Positions 56,501 to 64,000 of a stretch of DNA of 64,000 nt are shown piece by piece. The notes below the pieces were generated by a model, which saw only the letters and a list, made by a program, of their open reading frames with translations, had not been told where the DNA came from and made no database searches. Source of the stretch: Candidatus Celaenobacter antarcticus (GTDB lineage Bacteria; Cloacimonadota; Cloacimonadia; JGIOTU-2). Made by a program: the position numbers and the translations under genes. The stretch lies in NCBI GenBank assembly GCA_030765865.1, contig JAVCDK010000035.1:291-64290 (forward strand). Reading direction: 5' to 3'. The stretch's first letter is position 1. Each line of letters begins with the position of its first letter.

Positions 56501-58939
56501 ATGAAAAAGGGATTTTTAGTCTTATTACTTGTTTTTTATTCGATTTATCTTTATGGTTATCAGGCAGAAGATATATACCTAACAGGTTGGAAAACCTATA
56601 CCAACACCACTCATATTCACCAGATACTTTGCAAGGGAGACTCTGTCATAGCTGCAACATGGGGTGGGGTCAATATCTTCGATAAGACAAACTCAACTTT
56701 TTCAACATTGGTAAAAAGCGATGGTTTAGGTAAAAATGATGTGCGGTCGATCCATTATATCAACGATGTTAATGAATATTGGTTCGGTACATCTGTTGAA
56801 GGCATTTCACGTTATCAAGATGGCAAATTTCTTAAACCATATCAAGAGAATCAGGGAGTTGACTGTGATTATATTAATGATATAGATGATAATGACGATT
56901 TTATTTTTATATGTACAGATCAGGGGCTTACCATGTTCGAAAATTTGGAGGAAAGAATACAATTTATTAAAACTTTTAATGCTCCAAGATGGCTGTTCAA
57001 CAATTATGTGAACACAATCAATTTTGATGATTCAAATAGGATTTGGGTAGGCACGAACGAAGGAATTGACTATGCCGTTATAGACTATGACTCGATGCTG
57101 GTTGTAGATGGTTGGTGGAAACATATCAATAATACTACTCCAGGCTATCCTTTCGGGAATACTAGTATTACGGACATTGATTTTTACAATGGAAGAATTT
57201 ATTTTGGAACCGAAGAGGGATTTGGAATTGTTGATAACATTTATTCCGATTCCTTAGAATTTACAAAATATACAAATTATCTACCATCCCAAAAAGTATC
57301 TTCCATCAAAGCAGCGAACGATTCTATAGTATGGATCGGCTCAGGTATGTGGGATGAGACGAATCAAACCTATGATTACGCTAATGGTATAGCAAGATAC
57401 AATATTTTGGATCCCGGAGAATCTCAAATTTGGAATGAACAAGACTCGATATGCGATATGATATCCGACATTGATATCGATGATTCCGGCACTATATGGG
57501 TTAGTAGTTGGGGTGAAGATTTGTATTGTTTTAAAGATGAGATGTGGTATCACTATAAAAGGAATTGTATTAATTCAAATATAGTTGCTGAAATGATGTT
57601 AGATGATGATAATAATCTTTGGTGTGGCTTTAGTAGAATCAATCTTTCTCCGGCAAGTAAGAAAGGTGTATCTAAATTCGATGGAACAATCTGGACAAAT
57701 TACGATATAAGTAATTCAGGATTAGGAAATAATACTGTCTATTCTTTATGCCAGGACAATAATGGAAATATGTGGTTTGGTCATTGGGGGGGGAGTAACA
57801 ATATTTCAGTTCTAAATCCATCAAACAATGACTGGAAAATATTTAAAAATATCAATGAAGATTGGTTGTTGTGTCCGGCAATTTCGTTTCTGCTTTGTGA
57901 TGAGGACAATAATATATGGATAGGCAACTATGCTGCTGGACCGGGAGGTGTAACAATCTTAAAACCTGACAGCAGCTATGTTTATTTTGCACCGAATATG
58001 TTATATGAAAATGAGCATGCAGATATGCTAACTATGAAGAAAGTAGATGGTAAGATATGGTTCGGTTGTTACTACACAGGCATTCAATATTGGGATGGTC
58101 CGGGTTTCCCACAAAATGATAGTACACAATATTGGGATAGCTTCTCTGGTGCCGACGGTCTAAGTTGTTATAATTTCGAAGTGCAGGGTTCAGGTGACTA
58201 TGTGGACTATTTTTTTGCAGCATGTGTTGATGGATTATATATGTATGATTTTTATTGGCAGCAATGGTTCCGCTACACGAACGGGCTAGTTGAAGATGTT
58301 AAAATGTACCGTTGGAATGGCATCGAATGGGAAAATTACGATTATTACTGGTATGACGAAGAGGGCAATCCCGAATCGCGTATGGGTTCTGGAAAATCAA
58401 GTCAGGTTAATCAGGTGTATGTCGATCAACACGGTCGCAAGTGGATCGCTACTAATGGCGGCGGTATCTCCATGCTCGATGAAGATAACTACTACTTCAA
58501 AAATTTTACTACTGAAAATTCATCCCTTCCAAGTGATGTGGTGCTCTCTTTTGCTCATAATATTTATACAGGCGAGCTTTTTGTGGGAACTGCTGAAGGA
58601 ATGTGCACATTCAATATCGGAGCTCAGATTAATAACGGGCAGGGGACAGGCAGTATTGATGATGTGGTGATTTACCCAGATCCATTCAAGCCTGCTGAAC
58701 ATTCTTGTATCTATTTTGAGTCCAGACCTTATGCAAAACTTCCTACCGGTGAAAATATGCTGTATATCTACAATCTCGCTGGCGAATTGGTTGCAGAACT
58801 CGAAGAGTCAGATCATTTCAGATTTATCTGGGATGGTAAAAATAGTGGAAAGGATGTTGCGAGCGGTATATATTTCTTTGTTCTTTCTTCTAAATCTGAT
58901 AAGACTTATCTGAACGGAAAATTTGCAATAATCCGCTAA
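56501..58939 (+). CDS. Secreted beta-propeller (two-component-regulator-propeller-like repeats) protein with a T9SS C-terminal sorting domain
   Basis: Signal peptide from MKKGFLVLLLVF (ATG 56501). Recurrent W.GT..G. propeller-type repeats. The C-terminus reads IYPDPFKP...IWDGKNSGKDVASGIYFFVL. Confidence 0.7.
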   Translation: MKKGFLVLLLVFYSIYLYGYQAEDIYLTGWKTYTNTTHIHQILCKGDSVIAATWGGVNIFDKTNSTFSTLVKSDGLGKNDVRSIHYINDVNEYWFGTSVEGISRYQDGKFLKPYQENQGVDCDYINDIDDNDDFIFICTDQGLTMFENLEERIQFIKTFNAPRWLFNNYVNTINFDDSNRIWVGTNEGIDYAVIDYDSMLVVDGWWKHINNTTPGYPFGNTSITDIDFYNGRIYFGTEEGFGIVDNIYSDSLEFTKYTNYLPSQKVSSIKAANDSIVWIGSGMWDETNQTYDYANGIARYNILDPGESQIWNEQDSICDMISDIDIDDSGTIWVSSWGEDLYCFKDEMWYHYKRNCINSNIVAEMMLDDDNNLWCGFSRINLSPASKKGVSKFDGTIWTNYDISNSGLGNNTVYSLCQDNNGNMWFGHWGGSNNISVLNPSNNDWKIFKNINEDWLLCPAISFLLCDEDNNIWIGNYAAGPGGVTILKPDSSYVYFAPNMLYENEHADMLTMKKVDGKIWFGCYYTGIQYWDGPGFPQNDSTQYWDSFSGADGLSCYNFEVQGSGDYVDYFFAACVDGLYMYDFYWQQWFRYTNGLVEDVKMYRWNGIEWENYDYYWYDEEGNPESRMGSGKSSQVNQVYVDQHGRKWIATNGGGISMLDEDNYYFKNFTTENSSLPSDVVLSFAHNIYTGELFVGTAEGMCTFNIGAQINNGQGTGSIDDVVIYPDPFKPAEHSCIYFESRPYAKLPTGENMLYIYNLAGELVAELEESDHFRFIWDGKNSGKDVASGIYFFVLSSKSDKTYLNGKFAIIR

Positions 58940-58957
58940 CGTGCACTCGGAGTAAAA

Positions 58958-61036
58958 GTGGCATTCCAGTTGCATGATAATATACAATTTGTTCCGGGTG
59001 TCGGACCAAAAAGGGCAAAACTTCTTAATAAACTAGGTGTCAAAACCGTTAAAGATCTGCTCTTTTATTTTCCAAGAGATTACCTCAGTAAAATATCTGA
59101 CAAGCGTATTGCAGATCTGAAGATCAATGATATGGCAAGTGTAAAGGGGCGTATAACCGGGTTTGACACAAAAGGGAGCAGATTTCAAAAGCAGCAGTTC
59201 CGAGTATTTATTTCTGATGGAACAGGTTATATTACTTTAATGTGGTTCAGACCAACTTCGTGGCTCATCAAACAGTTTGAAATTGGTAAAGAAATTATCA
59301 TACTTGGGAAAATTCAGTACTACTATAACAAATTATGCGTGATCCACCCTGATTTTGAGATTGTGCAGGATAAAGAAAAGAAAAGTTTTTGGGTCGAGCA
59401 GGATATTCTCCCTCTATATCCACTCACGGAAGGAATATCAAATAAAATTTTACGAAAAATTGTTGGGAACGTCTTATCTCAGAAACTACTCCTAGACGAA
59501 ACCTTGCCGGAATATATTAGACAGACTCAACAGCTTTTACCCTTGAACGAAGCTCTTCATAAGATTCATATTCCAGATTCTGATGAAGATATCTCAGCTT
59601 CGCGTAAAAGATTTGTATTTGAGGAATTATTTTTTCTGGAGCTGATGCTTGCACGCAAGAAAGTAAACTGGCATAAGGCATCTGGTTATTCTATGGAATT
59701 GAAAAAAACTTATACTACAAAGCTGAAAAAGTTACTCCCTTTTACTCTTACAAATGCCCAGAAGCGTGTGCTCAATGAGATCGTGGAAGACATGAGATCA
59801 CCTCATCAGATGAATAGACTCTTGCAGGGGGATGTGGGTTCCGGAAAGACAATAATTTCGATTTTTGCGATGCTGCTGGCTATTGAGAACGGTTTTCAAG
59901 CAGCGATCATGGCACCTACAGAAATACTCGCGACGCAGCATTATTTTTCATTGAAGGAATTTCTCGAAAATTTCGGTTTGCGCGTTGAACTTTTACTAGG
60001 AGGAGTGTATGCAGGAAAAGAAGACATCAAGGCAGCAATAGAAAGCGGTGAAGTGGATATTGTCATTGGAACACATTCTCTTATTCAGAAAGATGTAAAT
60101 TTTCACAAACTCGGGATGATCGTGATAGATGAACAGCACCGCTTCGGAGTTATGCAGCGTCTTTCATTTACCCAGAAGGGACAAACACCTGATAAGCTTA
60201 TCATGAGTGCAACACCCATTCCGCGCTCACTTGCACTTACTGTGTACGGCGATCTCGATGTGAGCGTGATCGATGAACTGCCGCCATTTAAAAAAGAGAT
60301 CTATACAAATTGGATTTCTTCAGATAAAAAGTCACAAGTTTATAATTTTATCACAAAACAGCTCGATATGGGACGTCAGGTATATATCGTATGTCCACTT
60401 GTTGAGGAATCCGAGAAACCGATCCGCCAGCTGGCGGATGCAACGAATACTTACAAAGAATTGCAAAGCACAGTGTTTAAAAAGTACAATGTCGGACTTC
60501 TTCATGGCAGAATGCACAACCAGGAAAAAGACGATATCATGCATGCTTTTAAAGAGCACAAAATAGACGTACTTGTCTCAACCACAGTTATAGAAGTCGG
60601 CATCGATGTGTCGAATGCCACCATTATGATGATCGAACATGCTGAGCGCTTCGGACTGTCACAACTTCATCAGCTCAGAGGGCGTGTTGGCAGGGGAGCT
60701 CATAAATCCTATTGTGTGCTTGTCGCATACGAACCCGTCAGCGAAGACGCATTGATACGGCTTAACACAATGAAAGAGACCAATGATGGATTCCGAATTT
60801 CAGAAGTTGATCTCGAGTTGCGAGGACCCGGTGAATTTTTCGGAACAAAGCAGTCTGGGTTACCTGCGTTTCGTATAGCGAATATTGTTCGTGACAGACC
60901 TGTCCTTGAGGATGCAAGGAAATTGTCTTTCGAGATTATCCAAAATGATTACAATCTTGATGATGAGAGAAATAGGGAATTAAAGGAAAAGTATAAAAAG
61001 TATTATTTGAAAAGAGAGAAGTTGTTTAGTTATTAA
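58958..61036 (+). CDS. recG: ATP-dependent DNA helicase RecG
   Basis: Wedge domain followed by helicase motifs (GDVGSGKT, DEQHRFGV, SATPIPRS, QLHQLRGRVGRG). GTG start. Confidence 0.95.
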   Translation: MAFQLHDNIQFVPGVGPKRAKLLNKLGVKTVKDLLFYFPRDYLSKISDKRIADLKINDMASVKGRITGFDTKGSRFQKQQFRVFISDGTGYITLMWFRPTSWLIKQFEIGKEIIILGKIQYYYNKLCVIHPDFEIVQDKEKKSFWVEQDILPLYPLTEGISNKILRKIVGNVLSQKLLLDETLPEYIRQTQQLLPLNEALHKIHIPDSDEDISASRKRFVFEELFFLELMLARKKVNWHKASGYSMELKKTYTTKLKKLLPFTLTNAQKRVLNEIVEDMRSPHQMNRLLQGDVGSGKTIISIFAMLLAIENGFQAAIMAPTEILATQHYFSLKEFLENFGLRVELLLGGVYAGKEDIKAAIESGEVDIVIGTHSLIQKDVNFHKLGMIVIDEQHRFGVMQRLSFTQKGQTPDKLIMSATPIPRSLALTVYGDLDVSVIDELPPFKKEIYTNWISSDKKSQVYNFITKQLDMGRQVYIVCPLVEESEKPIRQLADATNTYKELQSTVFKKYNVGLLHGRMHNQEKDDIMHAFKEHKIDVLVSTTVIEVGIDVSNATIMMIEHAERFGLSQLHQLRGRVGRGAHKSYCVLVAYEPVSEDALIRLNTMKETNDGFRISEVDLELRGPGEFFGTKQSGLPAFRIANIVRDRPVLEDARKLSFEIIQNDYNLDDERNRELKEKYKKYYLKREKLFSY

Positions 61037-61082
61037 GGAATTAGTTGATTAACCGCTTCAGTCCTTGACGAATGTATATGTC

Positions 61083-62327
61083 CTATTCTTTCTCCGATGC
61101 CTCCAGGATCGTTGTAACAAAATTCTCTTTATCAAATATTCTTTGAGCAACCCGTTGAATGTCTTCGGGAGTAATTTTCTCAATTTGTGCGATCACTCGA
61201 TCGATAGGGTATATATCTCTATTGTAAATGTACTGCTTTGCAAGCCGGTTCATGCGCGCAGAGGTGCTCTCAAGCCCGATCAAAATGCTTGATTTGAGTA
61301 ATGCTTTTGTACGTTCGAGCTCGAATTCTTTAACAGGTTTCTCCAAAAATAACTGTATTTCTTTACCGATCAATTCAATGCTTTTCTTGCTGTATTTGGG
61401 TTTGGTTGCAGCATAAACAGCTATGCAACCAGTGTCATGGAAAAAGTCTGTAAATGAACCAATATCATAAGAAATTCCATGTTTCTCCCGAATATTTTGG
61501 AAAAGTCGCGAACTCATCCCGCCGGAAAGAATTGTATTAAGTGTGAGAAGTATGTATCGATCCTTATCTGTATATGGGAAAGTGCGAGTGCCGATGCATG
61601 CATGTGTCTGATAATTTGCATTTTTTTTGTATATATGCTTATATTTTTTAACTGGAGTCGGAGATTTTATAATTCGCTCAGAGGATGCATGGATTGATCT
61701 GTCAAAATGAAAATATTTCTCCGTAAAACGCACGAGTTTTTGATGATCAATATAACCTGATACGGAGATAATAAATCGCTCTGGATTATAGTGCTCGGAC
61801 ATAAAGGAGGTGCATGTAGATTTTTCAAAACGAGTAACTTCCTCTTTATATCCTACGATCGGGTATCCAAGTGAGTTATCTGGAAACAGGTTCCCATAAA
61901 AATAATCAAAGATTAAATCACCCGGAGTATCATGAATGTCATTGATCTCATCTATCACGACTTCCTTTTCTTTTTGCAATTCATCATCAGGAAAAGTGGA
62001 GTGGAGAAGCAAGTCTGAAATAAGATCAACACTTTGTTCAAGATATTCTTCGAGGCATCGTGCATAAATACAGGTATATTCTTTACTTGTAAATGCATTG
62101 ATGGATCCACCGAGAGATTCCAGGTAATTAGCGATCTCGATCTTTGAGCGGGTTTTGGTGCCTTTAAACAACATATGCTCAAGAAAATGAGCAATACCGC
62201 GATTATGCACAGTTTCATCTCGCGAGCCAGCATTGATCCATACACCGATAGAAATTGATTGCACATGTTCAACATGTTCTGAAAGGACAGTAATCCCATT
62301 ATCCAAAATAGTTTTTTTATAACTCAT
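61083..62327 (-). CDS. M16 family (pitrilysin-like) zinc peptidase
   Basis: HFLEHMLFKGT (HxxEH). The start is taken at MSYKKTIL (ATG 62327), directly after the coaD stop. Confidence 0.85.
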   Translation of the reverse strand: MSYKKTILDNGITVLSEHVEHVQSISIGVWINAGSRDETVHNRGIAHFLEHMLFKGTKTRSKIEIANYLESLGGSINAFTSKEYTCIYARCLEEYLEQSVDLISDLLLHSTFPDDELQKEKEVVIDEINDIHDTPGDLIFDYFYGNLFPDNSLGYPIVGYKEEVTRFEKSTCTSFMSEHYNPERFIISVSGYIDHQKLVRFTEKYFHFDRSIHASSERIIKSPTPVKKYKHIYKKNANYQTHACIGTRTFPYTDKDRYILLTLNTILSGGMSSRLFQNIREKHGISYDIGSFTDFFHDTGCIAVYAATKPKYSKKSIELIGKEIQLFLEKPVKEFELERTKALLKSSILIGLESTSARMNRLAKQYIYNRDIYPIDRVIAQIEKITPEDIQRVAQRIFDKENFVTTILEASEKE

Positions 62328-62328
62328 C

Positions 62329-62817
62329 TTATTGTTTTTCTTTAAATTTTGCTGCCATTTTATCACTTATGGATCTGGGTACATATTCCTTGATCGATCC
62401 GCCTGTGCTGATTATCTGTTTCACCAAGCTTGAACTGAGATAGAGGTATTTACTCTGAGGGATAAGAAAAATTGTCTCAATTTCTTCGGAAAGTGTTCTG
62501 TTTGCAAGAGCAATTTGCAGTTCATATTCAAAATCCGATACTGCGCGAAGCCCCCGGATCATTACTGAACTGTCCTTCTCCAGTACATAATTGACTGCGA
62601 GACCTGAAAAAGATTCTACTTGCACATTAGGAATATGTTTTGTTCCTTCTTTAACGAGCTCGACCCGCTCGTCCAAAGTAAACAGGCAATCCTTATAAGT
62701 TTCTTCTGCAACGCCAATTATAACCTTGTTAAATATCGTGGCAGCACGCTCTATGATATCAATATGCCCGTTCGTGATCGGGTCAAAGGTGCCGGGATAA
62801 ATTGCTATTTCTTTCAT
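62329..62817 (-). CDS. coaD: Phosphopantetheine adenylyltransferase
   Basis: AIYPGTFDPITNGHIDII, 162 aa. Confidence 0.95.
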   Translation of the reverse strand: MKEIAIYPGTFDPITNGHIDIIERAATIFNKVIIGVAEETYKDCLFTLDERVELVKEGTKHIPNVQVESFSGLAVNYVLEKDSSVMIRGLRAVSDFEYELQIALANRTLSEEIETIFLIPQSKYLYLSSSLVKQIISTGGSIKEYVPRSISDKMAAKFKEKQ

Positions 62818-62825
62818 GATATTCC

Positions 62826-64000
62826 TTATTTTTTCATGATCGTTTCGATGTCTGATATCTCTTTTGGTATATCTTTTGAGAGGGTTTCATGCCCTTCTTT
62901 CGTGACAAGAATGTCATCCTCAATACGGACCCCAATTTTTTCTTTGGGTATATAAATTCCTGGTTCGACAGTGATGACGTTTCCCGGTTCGAGTTTTTTT
63001 GCTCGATCAAAAAGGTCATGAGCATGCAGTCCCAAATGATGACTTACTGAGTGCATATAATATTTTTTAAACTCTTCATCCTTTTTGATCAGGTTTAATT
63101 TTTTTAGAGCTTTCTTCATCATTTTTATAGTCTCTTCCTGTAATTTGTAAAGTGTAAGACCGGGTTTGACTTTATTTATAATAGTCTTATTAATTTCGAG
63201 GACAGCATTATATACTTCCTTTTGCCGTTTTGTAAATTTACCATTTGCAGGAAACGTTCGTGAGATATCAGCACAGTATTCATTCCATTTGGCTCCCACA
63301 TCAGCAAGGATGAGATCTTTAGAGCCGACTTTTCCGACATTCTTTTCGTAATGAAGAATCGTTGCATTCTCACCGCTTGCAATAATAGGGAAGAATGCCA
63401 TTTGCTTTGCATTATTTCGAATACATTCATAGCGGAAGTGTGCTTCAAGTTCATATTCCATCATGCCGGGTTTTGTATTGGTAATGAGATTGTGTATCGC
63501 ATCTTTCGTTATAGCGATTGCTTTCTTTATATTTTCGATCTCATCACCTTTTTTTTGCGAGCGGAGTATAGTCATAAACGTTTCTGGGTGAAGAATTTTG
63601 AGTGCCGGATAATGGGTTACGATCTCTTTGAGCTGGAATAATGAATCCGTCAAATTAGCTTCGATCTTATTTGCGACATGGTCATAGAAGCAGACTTCGC
63701 TTGAAAGAGCGTAAGTGTGAAGGACTACTGGGAACTCATCTATAAAAAAAGCATGTTCAATTCCAGAAATTTCCTTTGCATCTTCTTGTGATATTTTTTT
63801 TCCAATCCAAACTTCCATTTTAGGAATGTTTCTTTCTATGAAAAGAATACTGAGATTCGTCTTTCCGTTTTTATAAAGCAAAATTTGAGCGTTTGGAATT
63901 TTCAATCCTGTCAGATAAAAGAAATTTGCATTTTGCTCAAAATCAACAGGCAGGCTACCCGAGTCTGAAACTGTTGCCGAGAATATAGCGAGACTATTAT
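62826..64000 (-). CDS. pepP: Xaa-Pro aminopeptidase (M24B), with the N-terminus beyond the right edge
   Basis: HSVSHHLGLHAHD and VEPGIYIP..GVRIEDDI. The frame stays open from 63905 to nt 64000 (..EQNANFFYLTGLKIPNAQ..), so the TTG start in the track is an artefact. Confidence 0.85.
   Translation of the reverse strand, partial: NSLAIFSATVSDSGSLPVDFEQNANFFYLTGLKIPNAQILLYKNGKTNLSILFIERNIPKMEVWIGKKISQEDAKEISGIEHAFFIDEFPVVLHTYALSSEVCFYDHVANKIEANLTDSLFQLKEIVTHYPALKILHPETFMTILRSQKKGDEIENIKKAIAITKDAIHNLITNTKPGMMEYELEAHFRYECIRNNAKQMAFFPIIASGENATILHYEKNVGKVGSKDLILADVGAKWNEYCADISRTFPANGKFTKRQKEVYNAVLEINKTIINKVKPGLTLYKLQEETIKMMKKALKKLNLIKKDEEFKKYYMHSVSHHLGLHAHDLFDRAKKLEPGNVITVEPGIYIPKEKIGVRIEDDILVTKEGHETLSKDIPKEISDIETIMKK

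Noticed and set aside
1-64000. Searched for CRISPR arrays, rRNA/tRNA genes, IS elements, prophage genes, and toxin-antitoxin or known defence-system genes.
   Set aside because: I saw no regularly spaced direct repeats, no tRNA-like cloverleaf candidates in the intergenic regions inspected, and no transposase, integrase, capsid or terminase-like translations. I cannot exclude small or novel elements without tools.

Overview
This is a low-GC bacterial chromosomal window. My spot counts give about 30% GC in core genes (for example 12481-12540). Shine-Dalgarno sites are clear. Several secreted proteins end in a Por/T9SS-type C-terminal sorting domain, which suggests an FCB-group organism (Cloacimonadota/Fibrobacterota-like). 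That taxonomic call is a guess, because no database search was possible.

Layout:
(i) 0-2.8 kb: a partial DUF4954-like gene, an NCS2 permease and a cache lipoprotein.
(ii) 2.8-8.3 kb: an accessory array of leftward gene cassettes. They are separated by 4-5 diverged copies of the ~200-bp upstream region of the rightward nifS-selD fusion gene; one copy also carries 5' coding sequence. Two cassettes are strikingly GC-rich (58-62% in spot counts).
(iii) 8.3-11.8 kb: the NifS-like/SelD fusion, followed by a secreted T9SS-tailed ORF. That ORF is interrupted by a single in-frame TGA in a W-C-x-x-U context with a SECIS-like hairpin, so it is a candidate new selenoprotein.
(iv) 11.9-22.4 kb: the conserved block rimP-nusA-ylxR-L7Ae-infB-DUF503-rbfA-nrnA-truB-ribF-ispD-ispF-hutI.
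(v) 22.4-39.1 kb: surface-glycan locus 1 (Wza/Wzz/Wzx/Wzy-like genes, glycosyltransferases, epimerases). It is interrupted by an ~888-aa lipoprotein with three tandem ~95-aa repeats and a C-terminal Fib_succ_major-like lectin-type domain. The last ~150 nt of that gene look like a diversity-generating-retroelement variable region, and a GC-rich structured spacer follows.
(vi) 39.1-45.9 kb: smpB, an S1/P1-like protein, a MacB-type ABC pair, YihY, rph and tkt.
(vii) 46-56.4 kb: glycan locus 2 (radical SAM, glycosyltransferases, deacetylase-like protein, second Wzx, WecA-like initiating transferase).
(viii) 56.5-64 kb: a beta-propeller T9SS protein, recG, an M16 peptidase, coaD and a partial pepP.

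I recognised no rRNA, tRNA, CRISPR array, transposase or integrase. All functional calls come from motif recognition in the supplied translations, not from searches.
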